IMG/VR virus record: IMGVR_UViG_3300032288_003533
Location: 12,233-76,232 of that record
Length of the DNA: 64,000 nucleotides
Direction: 5' to 3' (one strand)
DNA from: a virus
Notes under the pieces: generated by a model
Seen by the model: only the letters and a program-made list of their open reading frames with translations
Told to the model about the DNA's origin: nothing
Databases searched by the model: none
Shown here: positions 9,186 to 19,671 of the stretch, piece after piece
How the letters are laid out: every line of letters starts with the position of its first letter
Position numbering within the stretch: position 1 is the stretch's first letter
Translations under genes and position numbers: made by a program

Positions 9186-9925
9186 AAGATAATATAATTC
9201 AAAGTTTTGTTGTTAAAGATACATTAAATCCAAAAGTCTGGGATAGCCCAAATGATATAAAGAAAGCAAAAATTAAATCTGAAATTAAAAAGGGTTTATT
9301 GGATATTGCAAAAGAATTTATTGAATTTCTGGATGAAGAAGTCTTTATTGAGGACATTATATTAACTGGTTCATTATCAAATTATAATTGGTCAGAATAT
9401 TCTGATTTTGATTTGCATATTGTTATTGATTTGGATCAATTTGATGATGAGGGTGAAATATATTTAAAATTATTTTCAGCAAAGAAATTAATATTTAATG
9501 AAAAGCATAATTTAACCATAAAAGGTTATGATGTTGAAGTTTATCCACAAGATTCAAAAGATATACATTCAGGTGAAGGTCAATATTCATTAATGAATAG
9601 TGAATGGGTTGTTATCCCCAAAAAAGAAAAACCACCAGTTAATAAAGCAAAATTAAAGTTAAAAATTGACCATTGGGTTGAGGTTGTTAAAAAAACCTTA
9701 ATAGATGCAGATAAGTCTTCATTAAAAGTTGCAAAAAGTAATATAAAAAAATTAACAGATAAGTTAAGGAAGTTTAGGAAAGGTGGATTGGAAAAGGGAG
9801 GTGAATTTTCAAATGAAAATTTGGTATATAAGTATTTAAGAAGATCAGGATTGTTGGATAAAATATTTAATTATCAATACAAGAAGAGAACCAAAGAATT
9901 ATCTATTGAGAATGAAATTTATTAA
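9182..9925 (+). CDS. Pol-beta superfamily nucleotidyltransferase
   Basis: LTGSLSNYNWSEYSDFDLH (GS...DxD) plus VEVY third acidic residue. Confidence 0.75.
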   Translation: MKDNIIQSFVVKDTLNPKVWDSPNDIKKAKIKSEIKKGLLDIAKEFIEFLDEEVFIEDIILTGSLSNYNWSEYSDFDLHIVIDLDQFDDEGEIYLKLFSAKKLIFNEKHNLTIKGYDVEVYPQDSKDIHSGEGQYSLMNSEWVVIPKKEKPPVNKAKLKLKIDHWVEVVKKTLIDADKSSLKVAKSNIKKLTDKLRKFRKGGLEKGGEFSNENLVYKYLRRSGLLDKIFNYQYKKRTKELSIENEIY

Positions 9926-9989
9926 ATTTTATTTTTACTATACTAATATTTAATATATTTGATATATTTATATATAAAAATAAAATAAA

Positions 9990-10184
9990 ATGGCTATAAT
10001 AAGTGCTAATACTTTTTATGAATATACCAAGGGTATGTTGGGGTTTTTTAGTGGTGACCCTATAACTGGTACAACCCAAGCACCACACCCACAAACAACT
10101 ATTGTTAATACAACTGGTGGTACTGATACTGTTATTGAATTATCTGCCATAAAACTAGGTGGAATTAATGGTTTAAATAATTAA
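9990..10184 (+). CDS. Small hypothetical protein
   Basis: ORF with ATATTTATA motif upstream. Confidence 0.6.
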   Translation: MAIISANTFYEYTKGMLGFFSGDPITGTTQAPHPQTTIVNTTGGTDTVIELSAIKLGGINGLNN

Positions 10185-10197
10185 AAAATATAAAAAA

Positions 10198-11490
10198 ATG
10201 AGTAAATTAAAACCAATTGGTAGTGAAAAACTACAAGGAAGTGCAAAACTAAATAGAATGTTAGAAATTGCTATGTATAAAGAAGTTGATAAACAAAATA
10301 TCAATGAAAGTAGCACAAAAGAGTATGATATACTATTACCAGATGGTAATAAATATGCAATTGTAAAAGAAAAGGTTGGGTATATAATAAAAAGAGGTTT
10401 AAATGAATCATCATTGGATTATATTGAGCCAATGAAAAATAGAACATATTACAGATCATATTCTCAAGCATTAAAAAAATTGAATTTAATTACCAAAGAA
10501 TTAAATGAAATTTATGACAACCCAAATGGTGTTTCATTATTTGGTGAACAAACAAAATATACATTAAAAACCCCAAAGCCTAAACCGGCTGCTGATGATA
10601 TGGGTGACACACCACCACCACCTCCAGCAGAACCCCCAGCAGTTCCAGACCCACAATTACCACCATCCCCATTGGAAGGTGGAGGTGATATGGGTATGCC
10701 ACCACCAGAAGGGGGTGAAATGCCTGATATGGGTGGTGAAGATATGGGTGAAACGCCTAATATGGGTGATGATATGGGTGATGATATGGGTGATGATATG
10801 GGTGATGATATGGGAGGTAAAGGTAAAAATGATGCTGAGCAAATTACATTTAAAACAATACAAAAATTAACAGGTAGATTAACACAAAAAATAAGAACTC
10901 TTGAAAATGAAGAAGGTTTAACATCTGAAGAAATTAAGTATGTTCTTAATATGGTTATTTCTTCCTTAAACATTGAGACTCTTGATGAGGAGGATCTTGA
11001 CAATGTTATGTCAAAATTTGAAGGGGGTGAAGATATGGATAATATGGGTGCTGATGATATGGGTGAAATGCCACCTATGGATGATGAAATGCCTCCTATG
11101 GATGATATGGGTGAAATGCCTCCTATGGGTGATGAGATGCCAGATATGGGTGAAATGCCACCACCAGTAGAAGGTGGGGATGAAAGTTATGCACCAAAAA
11201 AGAGATATTCAGAATCCAAAGTGGATAATATTTTATCAAAATATTTTGAATTAAGTCCAGAAGAAAAAATATTAGCAGAACAAAAAAAGAACCAAAATGC
11301 AAAATTCTTAAAAGAGAATTTAAAATCAATAAATGTTTTATCTGAAACCAAAAATCAATATTTGGCTGCTGAAAGTTTTTTAAATAAATATAAAAGATTT
11401 AAAGTTATGGGCAAAACCAATTTGGGGAATATTATATTGAAATTAAATGAAAGAACAGTTAAAATAAATAAAAGAGGAGATATCATATAA
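10198..11490 (+). CDS. Hypothetical protein with Pro/Met/Asp/Gly low-complexity tracts, possibly head-associated
   Basis: GDDM and MPPMDD repeats; in the operon leading to terminase. Confidence 0.6.
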   Translation: MSKLKPIGSEKLQGSAKLNRMLEIAMYKEVDKQNINESSTKEYDILLPDGNKYAIVKEKVGYIIKRGLNESSLDYIEPMKNRTYYRSYSQALKKLNLITKELNEIYDNPNGVSLFGEQTKYTLKTPKPKPAADDMGDTPPPPPAEPPAVPDPQLPPSPLEGGGDMGMPPPEGGEMPDMGGEDMGETPNMGDDMGDDMGDDMGDDMGGKGKNDAEQITFKTIQKLTGRLTQKIRTLENEEGLTSEEIKYVLNMVISSLNIETLDEEDLDNVMSKFEGGEDMDNMGADDMGEMPPMDDEMPPMDDMGEMPPMGDEMPDMGEMPPPVEGGDESYAPKKRYSESKVDNILSKYFELSPEEKILAEQKKNQNAKFLKENLKSINVLSETKNQYLAAESFLNKYKRFKVMGKTNLGNIILKLNERTVKINKRGDII

Positions 11491-11882
11491 TGAATAGATT
11501 AGTTTTCATAAACTCATTAGGTGTTAATTATAAAGGTGATTTTATATATGAATTTATATTTTCATCTTCTGATTCAGTTTGGGGTGAAAATTGGGAAGCC
11601 AAACCATCAAATGGATATCCAAAACCACCAGAATTAAAATATATTACAAAAGTTGGACAATTAACAACAGAAGATGTGTCATTATATTTAATACAAAATT
11701 CAGATTATTTTTCAATGATTGATTCTGTTGATGGCGTTATTGCACTAGGTTGGGAAATAAATGAAGATGTTAAAAATAGATTGGTTTTCAAGTTTGGTGA
11801 AACTGAACAAGAAATAAAAAATAAACTATATGAAAGAGATTTAGTATTAGAATTTGAAAAAACAATGGTATATGAAAATTAA
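11490..11882 (+). CDS. Hypothetical protein
   Basis: TAATG-coupled ORF. Confidence 0.6.
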   Translation: MNRLVFINSLGVNYKGDFIYEFIFSSSDSVWGENWEAKPSNGYPKPPELKYITKVGQLTTEDVSLYLIQNSDYFSMIDSVDGVIALGWEINEDVKNRLVFKFGETEQEIKNKLYERDLVLEFEKTMVYEN

Positions 11883-12651
11883 TGAAAAAGTTATATCCCT
11901 TTTAGAGGGGGGGTTTTCAATGCAGACATTAAGAAATATGTCTGACAGTAATATAAATTATTTATATTCAAAATTAGTGAAAGAACAAACTACACCAATG
12001 AAGGGTAGTTTTATAACTAAAAATGAACTAAAGGCAAAGCAATTAGTTGGTCAAGGTTATAATGTTAGACTTGAGAAAAAAGAAATGGGGGAGGCAAAGA
12101 AGAAGTCACAACCAAAAAATCCTTGGGCAATTTGTACAGCACAATTAAAAAAAGAATTTGGCACATCTGAAAGAAGTGAGTGGACAAAACCACAACTTAA
12201 AAAATATGAAAGATGTGTTATGGATGTTAAAAAAGGTGTTAAAGAGGGGTTAAATCCAATTGATGTTTTTATTGAAAATGAAATGGATAGAATGATTGAA
12301 TCTTATGTTCAACCTAAAATAACAAAGAGTGAATTATTATTACATTTAAGAGAACAAGATGCACCAACAACAAAACCAGTTGTGAAGCCAGCAAAACCAA
12401 CTACAAAACCAACAAGAAGGGATAATCCATTTATTAACCCAAATCCAAAAGTTAATCCAGCACCAAAAGCAAATACTGAAACAAAACCAGTTGTGAAGCC
12501 AGCAAAACCAACTACAAAACCAACAAGAAGGGATAATCCATTTATTAACCCAAATCCAAAAGTTAATCCAACACCAAAAGCAATCTCACCTGAAAAAGCA
12601 AAAAATGCTATCATAGATAATATTATGGACTTAATAAATTTTGAAAAATAA
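11872..12651 (+). CDS. Hypothetical protein with duplicated 37-aa Pro/Lys/Thr repeat
   Basis: ATG at 11872; 111-nt near-perfect duplication (12370 and 12481); KNPWAIC...YERCV motif. Confidence 0.6.
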   Translation: MKINEKVISLLEGGFSMQTLRNMSDSNINYLYSKLVKEQTTPMKGSFITKNELKAKQLVGQGYNVRLEKKEMGEAKKKSQPKNPWAICTAQLKKEFGTSERSEWTKPQLKKYERCVMDVKKGVKEGLNPIDVFIENEMDRMIESYVQPKITKSELLLHLREQDAPTTKPVVKPAKPTTKPTRRDNPFINPNPKVNPAPKANTETKPVVKPAKPTTKPTRRDNPFINPNPKVNPTPKAISPEKAKNAIIDNIMDLINFEK

Positions 12652-14000
12652 TGAAGGATATAGACAAATTAATAAAAAGAAAATTAAAGGAGCAATTAAA
12701 TTATAGTGGCTCTGAAAGGATGGATCCAAGACTTGAAAAGAAGTTGGCAGACCCTAATAGTATGTTTGCTAGAAATCCTGCTTTTAAGAGGGGTGCTGCT
12801 GATGTTCAAAAATTATATAGTGATTCATTTAATGATTTGGTTGAAAAGGTTAGAAATATGACTGGCAAGGATGATTTAACCCCAAATGAATTAGCTAGTG
12901 TAATATCAAGCACTATGATGCGAAATGTTCAAGCAATTCAACAGATTGAGCAATCAAATAGTAGTGAATTGGTAGAAATAGCAGTAGAAGAAACATTAAA
13001 TGAGATGGAAGTTTCAGATGAAACATTTACTATTAATGCAACATTAGGTATGCCAGGTAGTGATGTAGTGGGTAAAATGAAAAAAGATAAAGAGGAAATA
13101 GAAGATGAATTAACTTTTGAAGAACAAGAGGTTTTAGATGATGAAGTTTTTAAAAGAGATATTATCAACGCTTTAATTGGTGGGGTTGCAAAAAAAGTAC
13201 AATACATTTATGAAAAACCAGAAGTTAAAGCAAGATTGGATGAAATTAATCCAAGATTATTTCAATTATATAAATCAACATTACCATTAATTGACCTTTA
13301 TTTTTATTATTTAAATGAAAGTTTTATGGATGCTGCTAGTAGTGGTGGTGGAGTTGCTGGTGCTGTTGAAGTTGAAGATGAAGAAGATGAAGAAACAAAT
13401 GAATTAAAAACTGTTATAAATGCTGCTGGGTTTATATTTCCAGTTCTATGTCATGAGATAGGTAAGGGCATTCAAGAAGCATTAGCAAGACAAGGTTACC
13501 CATCTGACACCAATATGGCTAATATGACATTAGGTCAAGCAGATACATTAAAAGCAGAAACAGAGGGTTTAAGAATTGGCCCAGCCATCTTAAAGAAGAT
13601 AAGGAATATTTTACCAATGGATGTTTTAGATAAATCAGATATTGGGTTAATAAATTTCTTTTTTGTTGAATTATATAAAATACCAGCAAAAGAATTTCTT
13701 GATTTAATGAAATATGTTATATCAAATGATTCTAGTGATAATTCATATGCTAAAAATGAATTTAAAAACTTAGTTGCTGCTGCAAGAGAAAGTAAGCAAA
13801 GATATATTGATTATTTAATGAGTCAATATGAAGAAGAATTTGATGATGGTGGATTAGGTGACCAAGATGATGATACAAACACCCCAGATAATACATATTC
13901 TGGTGGTAAACAAGTTAAGAATTTTGACCCAAATGATTATGTTGATGTTAGTTTATCACAATTATTGAAAAATCTGAAAGATGCAAATATGTTAAATTAA
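12651..14000 (+). CDS. Hypothetical protein upstream of terminase
   Basis: 449-aa ORF; LCHEIGKGIQE could be a degenerate metal-binding motif. Confidence 0.6.
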   Translation: MKDIDKLIKRKLKEQLNYSGSERMDPRLEKKLADPNSMFARNPAFKRGAADVQKLYSDSFNDLVEKVRNMTGKDDLTPNELASVISSTMMRNVQAIQQIEQSNSSELVEIAVEETLNEMEVSDETFTINATLGMPGSDVVGKMKKDKEEIEDELTFEEQEVLDDEVFKRDIINALIGGVAKKVQYIYEKPEVKARLDEINPRLFQLYKSTLPLIDLYFYYLNESFMDAASSGGGVAGAVEVEDEEDEETNELKTVINAAGFIFPVLCHEIGKGIQEALARQGYPSDTNMANMTLGQADTLKAETEGLRIGPAILKKIRNILPMDVLDKSDIGLINFFFVELYKIPAKEFLDLMKYVISNDSSDNSYAKNEFKNLVAAARESKQRYIDYLMSQYEEEFDDGGLGDQDDDTNTPDNTYSGGKQVKNFDPNDYVDVSLSQLLKNLKDANMLN

Positions 14001-14020
14001 TTTTTATTTTTCATAGAATT

Positions 14021-14058
14021 AACCCCCATTCTTAATTAGTTTGGGGGTTTTTTTATTT
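14021..14058 (+). terminator. Intrinsic terminator
   Basis: AACCCCCA...TGGGGGTT followed by a T-run. Confidence 0.7.
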
Positions 14059-14085
14059 TGTATGTATTTATAGAAAAAACAAAAT

Positions 14086-15837
14086 ATGACAAGAGATCAA
14101 GTATTGATTGAATCAGCCAAATGTATAAAAAGTACACCATATTGTTTAAAGACATACTTGCAAACTTATGACAATACAGCAAAAAGATATGTACCATTAG
14201 ATTTATTTCCAGACCAAGTAAAATTGATTGAAGATTTTGATTTATATAATGAAAATATTGCATTAAAGTATAGACAAGCAGGAGTATCAACAGTTACAGC
14301 AGCTTGGATATCAAAAAGATTGGCATTTGCAAATAGGAATAAACCTGAAAAAATATTAATTATTGCCAACAAGTTGGATACTGCTGTTGAGATGGCTAAT
14401 AAGGTTAGGCATTTTACAGAACAATGGCCTAATTGGGTTGGTATTGGATTTTCATCTGAAAAAAATTCAGCAAGGCATTTTAAATTAAATAATGATTGTG
14501 AGGTTAAAGCAGTAGCAACATCAAAAGATGCATTAAGGGGTTATACTCCAACCACATTAATATTTGATGAGGCTGCTTATATTGATGCTGACCCTGACTT
14601 CTGGGCAGCTTCTATGGCTTCACTTTCAACTGGTGGTAAGGTTGTGGTAATATCAACCCCAAATGGTTATGATCCAATATATTATGAGATATATGACCAA
14701 GCATTGCGTAATATGAATGAGTTCAAGATTACTGAAATGGTTTGGTATAGAGATCCAAGATATACAAAAGATTTATTTATGGTTAAGACAAAAGATATGA
14801 TTCATTATCTTTTGAATAAAGAAGAATATACCAAAGATGATATAATAGATTTATCCCATGAAAATTCATATGAAAGAGACCATCAAAAAGTAATTGAATA
14901 TATTGAAGAAGGCTATAAGCCATGTTCATCTTGGTATGAGGGGATGGTAAAGAAATTGAAATATGATAAAAGAAAAGTTTCACAAGAGATTGAAAGTAAT
15001 TTCTTGGGTTCTGGTGATAATGTATTTGATTCAGAATTATTGACAAATATTTTAAAAAATCAATTGGCTAATCCTATATCAAAATTAATGGGTAATAGTT
15101 TATGGATGTTTAAAGAACCAGAAAATGGACATAGGTATGTTGCAGGTGTTGATGTATCTAGGGGGGATTCAGAAGATTTTTCAACAATACAGATTATTGA
15201 TTTTGATTCACAAGAACAAGTATTAGAATATGTTGGTAAAATACCCCCAGATATATTAGCAGAAGTTGTTTATAAATGGTGTACATTGTATAAGGCATTT
15301 GTTGTTGTTGATTTGACTGGTGGTATGGGAGTTGCAACATCAAGAAAATTACAAGAAATGAATTATCCTAATTTATATTATGATAATATTGATACAAATA
15401 ATAAATGGAAATATGATCCAAAAATGAATGAAAGGATTCCAGGTATTAATTTCAATAGTAAAAGGGTTCAAATGATTGCATCTTATGAAGAAGCATTAAG
15501 ACATGGATTTAAAATTTATTCAAATAGACTATACAATGAGATGAATACATTTATATATATAAATGGGAGACCTGATCATCAAAAGGGTCATCATGATGAT
15601 TGTATTATGGCAATATCAATGGCAACTTATGTTGCTGAGAAGTCTTTCCAAAATTTAGAAAAAATAACTAACCACACAAAGGCAATGATTAGTTCTTGGA
15701 GTTCATTTACAAATCCATACAAAGAGCAAGCTATGTTTTTTAATCCTATGTTACCAAGTAATGGGGTTGATAAAATGATAAATGCACCAAATTTAAATGA
15801 TTATCAAAAATATAATTGGTTATTTGGTGTTAAATAA
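14086..15837 (+). CDS. terL: Terminase large subunit (T4 gp17-like)
   Basis: KYRQAGVST Walker A variant, LIFDEAA Walker B, ISTPNG motif, GVDVSRG nuclease motif, HDDCIMA. Confidence 0.93.
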   Translation: MTRDQVLIESAKCIKSTPYCLKTYLQTYDNTAKRYVPLDLFPDQVKLIEDFDLYNENIALKYRQAGVSTVTAAWISKRLAFANRNKPEKILIIANKLDTAVEMANKVRHFTEQWPNWVGIGFSSEKNSARHFKLNNDCEVKAVATSKDALRGYTPTTLIFDEAAYIDADPDFWAASMASLSTGGKVVVISTPNGYDPIYYEIYDQALRNMNEFKITEMVWYRDPRYTKDLFMVKTKDMIHYLLNKEEYTKDDIIDLSHENSYERDHQKVIEYIEEGYKPCSSWYEGMVKKLKYDKRKVSQEIESNFLGSGDNVFDSELLTNILKNQLANPISKLMGNSLWMFKEPENGHRYVAGVDVSRGDSEDFSTIQIIDFDSQEQVLEYVGKIPPDILAEVVYKWCTLYKAFVVVDLTGGMGVATSRKLQEMNYPNLYYDNIDTNNKWKYDPKMNERIPGINFNSKRVQMIASYEEALRHGFKIYSNRLYNEMNTFIYINGRPDHQKGHHDDCIMAISMATYVAEKSFQNLEKITNHTKAMISSWSSFTNPYKEQAMFFNPMLPSNGVDKMINAPNLNDYQKYNWLFGVK

Positions 15838-15849
15838 ATTATAAATTTT

Positions 15850-17706
15850 ATGAATAATAATAATCAAAATTTAACAATTTGGCAAAGGTTATCTGCAACT
15901 TTTGGACCAAATTCATTATTAAATCAAGACATCCCAACTTATAAGTTTGATAAAAAAGAACTTTTAAGAACTCAAAACAAACTTGATTATGAAAGGGAAA
16001 AATTACAAGCACAACAATCATTTTATTTATCAAATCAATGGGCAAAGATTGATAATCATTTATATACGCAAGCCACATATTATGAGCCAACAAGATTAGC
16101 ATCAATATATGATTTTGAAAGTATGGAATATACCCCAGAGATTGGTGCAGCATTAGATATATATGCTGAAGAATCCACAACAACTGATGAGGATGGGCAT
16201 ATGTTACAAATATATTCTGAATCAAAAAGAATAAAATCAGTATTAACTGATTTGTTCAATAATGTTTTGGACATAAATACATCATTACCAATGTGGACTA
16301 GAAATACTTGTAAGTTTGGAGATAATTTTATTTATTTAAAATTAGATCCAGAAAAAGGAATTGTTGGGGCAAACCAATTGCCAAATATTGAAATAGAAAG
16401 ATTAGAACCAGGTAGTTCTGAAAAATCACCAAATTATGGGGAAATGTCATCTGAAAACAATTCTTTAAAATTTAAATGGAAAAACAAACAAATGGAATTT
16501 CAACCTTGGGAAATTGCACATTTTAGAATATTGGGGGATGATAGAAAATTACCATATGGAACATCATTGTTAGAAAAAGCAAGACGTATTTGGAAACAAC
16601 TTTTATTATCAGAAGATGCTATGTTGATATATAGAACATCAAGAGCGCCAGAACGTAGAGTATTTAAAGTTTTTGTTGGTAATATGGATGATAATGATGT
16701 TGAGGCATATGTACAACGTGTTGCAAATAAATTCAAACGTGAGCAAATTGTTGATAGTAAAACAGGTAATGTTGATATGAGGTTTAATCAAATGGCTGTG
16801 GATCAAGATTATTTCATACCAGTAAGAGACCCTGGTCAAGTTAGTCCTATTGAAACTTTACCTGGTGGAACAAATCTTGGTGAAGTTGCAGATATTGAGT
16901 ATATCCAAAAAAAATTGGTTACAGCATTGAGAATACCAAAAACATTCTTGGGTTTTGAAGATGTTGCTGGTGAAGGAAAAACTTTAGCATTACAAGATAT
17001 TAGATTTGCAAGAACAATAAATAGAATTCAAAAATGTATGTTAGCTGAATTAAACAAAATAGCAATTGTGCATTTGTTTATATTAGGTTTTGAGGATGAA
17101 TTATCTAATTTCACACTAGGGTTAACAAATCCATCAACTCAATCAGATTTATTGAAAATAGATTTATGGGAGTCAAAAATTAGATTATATAAAGAAGCAA
17201 CAGCTGATACTGGTTCAGGTATTGCGCCAACTTCAATTACTTGGGCTAAAAAACATATATTTGGTTGGTCTGATGAAGATATTAGGTTAGATTTACAACA
17301 ACAAAGGGTTGAAAGGGCAGCAGCTGAAGAATTAAAACAAACAGCACTTGTTATCAAGAAAACAGGTTTATTTGATAATATTGATAAATTATATGGTTCA
17401 GTATCTGGTGCAACACCAAGTAATCAACCAACCCCACCACCAACAGATGGAATGGATATGGGTGGACTAGATATGGGTGGACTAGATATGGGAACCCCAC
17501 CACCTGCACCAGCAGGAGAACCCCCAATTGAAGGAGGTGAAACACCCCCACCAGGAAGTGAGGTAACACCAGAATCAAGAATAAAAAATTTAAACATATT
17601 ACTTGAAAGTAATAAATTTAATGGTGTTAATTATGTTCCTTTAGGTAAGGGTCAAAAATCTTTGAGTGATTTGGAAAAAGAACTAAAAAAGTTATTAGGT
17701 TCATAA
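15850..17706 (+). CDS. Portal protein (T4 gp20-like)
   Basis: EDAMLIYRTSRAPERRVF, DYFIP..IETLPGG.NLGE..DIEY; follows terL. Confidence 0.93.
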   Translation: MNNNNQNLTIWQRLSATFGPNSLLNQDIPTYKFDKKELLRTQNKLDYEREKLQAQQSFYLSNQWAKIDNHLYTQATYYEPTRLASIYDFESMEYTPEIGAALDIYAEESTTTDEDGHMLQIYSESKRIKSVLTDLFNNVLDINTSLPMWTRNTCKFGDNFIYLKLDPEKGIVGANQLPNIEIERLEPGSSEKSPNYGEMSSENNSLKFKWKNKQMEFQPWEIAHFRILGDDRKLPYGTSLLEKARRIWKQLLLSEDAMLIYRTSRAPERRVFKVFVGNMDDNDVEAYVQRVANKFKREQIVDSKTGNVDMRFNQMAVDQDYFIPVRDPGQVSPIETLPGGTNLGEVADIEYIQKKLVTALRIPKTFLGFEDVAGEGKTLALQDIRFARTINRIQKCMLAELNKIAIVHLFILGFEDELSNFTLGLTNPSTQSDLLKIDLWESKIRLYKEATADTGSGIAPTSITWAKKHIFGWSDEDIRLDLQQQRVERAAAEELKQTALVIKKTGLFDNIDKLYGSVSGATPSNQPTPPPTDGMDMGGLDMGGLDMGTPPPAPAGEPPIEGGETPPPGSEVTPESRIKNLNILLESNKFNGVNYVPLGKGQKSLSDLEKELKKLLGS

Positions 17707-17729
17707 TATTTATAAAAAAAAAGAAAAAT

Positions 17730-18434
17730 ATGAAATTTGGTAAAGTAAAAACAATTATTGAAAATAATCTTTCAGAATCTGTAAAAGATAAAAAGATTTT
17801 TAAAGAAAACATAAAAAATTTTAAAAAGCATATATTAAGTGATAAAAATTTATCCAAATTATATGTGTTGTATGGTGATTTATCAAAACCAAGGGGGTTA
17901 AGTGAAAGTGCTGCTAAAACTTATCTGGATGAGGGAATTGATTGGGCTAAAAAATTAATTAATAAATCTAAAATACCTGTTATCTTAAATAAACTGGATA
18001 ATAATGAGTATGAAAATATTGATAAATTGGTTTATGAATCAACTAAAAGTATTGAAGAATTAATTGAAATCAAAAAAAATATTTTAAATACATTGACACA
18101 ACCAATTAAAATTAATGAAAATAAAATTAACTTGCCAATAAGTTCAATGGTTAAAGTTGTTAATACAAAAGTTAATGAATATATTAATTCATTAAATGAG
18201 GAAACAAAAAAGGAAATTTTAGCATTATTAAAAGAAGATAAGAATAAATTAAATGATGATTTTAAATCATTAAAATCTGATACAGAAAAAAAACTGGTTG
18301 AACTATCTTTGAATGAAACAAATATTGAAGTTAAAACAAAAATATTAAAAGCTATTGATAAAGTTAAAAGTGATAAGTTTGATATATTGAATTATTATGA
18401 GATAAAAAATTTAAATAAATCATTAAATGGTTAA
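17730..18434 (+). CDS. Hypothetical head-module protein
   Basis: ORF between portal and protease. Confidence 0.6.
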   Translation: MKFGKVKTIIENNLSESVKDKKIFKENIKNFKKHILSDKNLSKLYVLYGDLSKPRGLSESAAKTYLDEGIDWAKKLINKSKIPVILNKLDNNEYENIDKLVYESTKSIEELIEIKKNILNTLTQPIKINENKINLPISSMVKVVNTKVNEYINSLNEETKKEILALLKEDKNKLNDDFKSLKSDTEKKLVELSLNETNIEVKTKILKAIDKVKSDKFDILNYYEIKNLNKSLNG

Positions 18435-18490
18435 TTTTATTTGATAATTATATTGTTTTTGTTTATTTTTAAATAAACAATTAACAATCA

Positions 18491-18931
18491 ATGAAGAATG
18501 GGAAAAAAATAAGACTTAGGTTATTTAATGATTTAAAAGTATTTTATGGCACTATTGATTATATTGAATTAAAATCAATTTACATAAATATCCAATCTTG
18601 GGTTCAACCCAAAGATGATTATACTAACTGGAAAAAAATTGTTTGCACCCAGTCTAGGGATATTAAGCATACAATATTAGATGTCAATGATTTAAAGTTA
18701 TTTCATAAATCAACAATTGTTGATTTGGATATTAGACATAGTGGGATTTCATTGGATAAAAAATCTTTTATGAATCTTGAAATAACTTTATTTGTTAAAG
18801 TTGGGGTTGATTTTAAATCAATTGAACTAAAAGACTCTGTTAGAAAAATAATAAAAGAAATATATAATAAAAATATTTCAAAAAACAAATATTTTGATTT
18901 TTTCATAACAAAAAGAGATTTAATTCAATAA
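18491..18931 (+). CDS. Hypothetical protein
   Basis: 146-aa ORF. Confidence 0.6.
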   Translation: MKNGKKIRLRLFNDLKVFYGTIDYIELKSIYINIQSWVQPKDDYTNWKKIVCTQSRDIKHTILDVNDLKLFHKSTIVDLDIRHSGISLDKKSFMNLEITLFVKVGVDFKSIELKDSVRKIIKEIYNKNISKNKYFDFFITKRDLIQ

Positions 18932-18969
18932 AACAAAACATTTTATATATTTATTATATAAAATATAAT

Positions 18970-19671
18970 ATGAATAGTTTAAGAATACTAGAAGCAAATG
19001 AAATTGGTCATGGAATATTAATTGAGGCAGATGCTGGGTGGATTAATCCCAAAGACCAATTAAATATTAATTTAATACAAGAAAACAAGAAGTTAGATTA
19101 TAAGAACCCTTTTGAATTTTATGCTGTATTGCAAAAGCATGATGTACCAAATAGAAATGGTAGAACATACCCTGAAAAAATATTAAAAAGGGAGGCTGAA
19201 AGATACAAAAAAATTATTGAAAAGGGTTTATCTACTTCTGAATTAAATCACCCCGAATCATCCTTAATTGACTTAGATAGAGTTGCTCACTTAATAACAG
19301 ATATTTGGTGGGATAATAATATACTAATGGGCAAATTATTGTTATTAACTTCTCCTGGCTTCCATGAGAGGGGTATTGTATCAACCAAGGGTGATGTTGC
19401 CGCAAATCTAATGAGGCAAGGAGTAAGCCTAGGAATCAGTTCTAGGGGGGTTGGATCACTTAAAAAAGTTGGGGAGAAAAATGAGGTTCAAGATGATTTT
19501 GAATTGATTTGTTTTGATTTGGTTTCATCGCCATCAACGCCTGGGGCATACCTATTCTCAAATAAGGAAGATAGGCATAAGTATGATGAGAAATTGGAAG
19601 AAGAAAAGAAAATTGACCCATCAAATAATATATTAAAATTAATGAATAAACTTGATAGTTATTTAAAATGA
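18970..19671 (+). CDS. Prohead core protease (T4 gp21-like)
   Basis: NRNGRTY, ELNHP, LGISSRGVGS, FDLVSSPSTPGA. Confidence 0.93.
   Translation: MNSLRILEANEIGHGILIEADAGWINPKDQLNINLIQENKKLDYKNPFEFYAVLQKHDVPNRNGRTYPEKILKREAERYKKIIEKGLSTSELNHPESSLIDLDRVAHLITDIWWDNNILMGKLLLLTSPGFHERGIVSTKGDVAANLMRQGVSLGISSRGVGSLKKVGEKNEVQDDFELICFDLVSSPSTPGAYLFSNKEDRHKYDEKLEEEKKIDPSNNILKLMNKLDSYLK

Noticed and set aside
10512-11329. Overlapping ORFs within 10198-11490
   Set aside because: Alternate frames of a low-complexity repeat.
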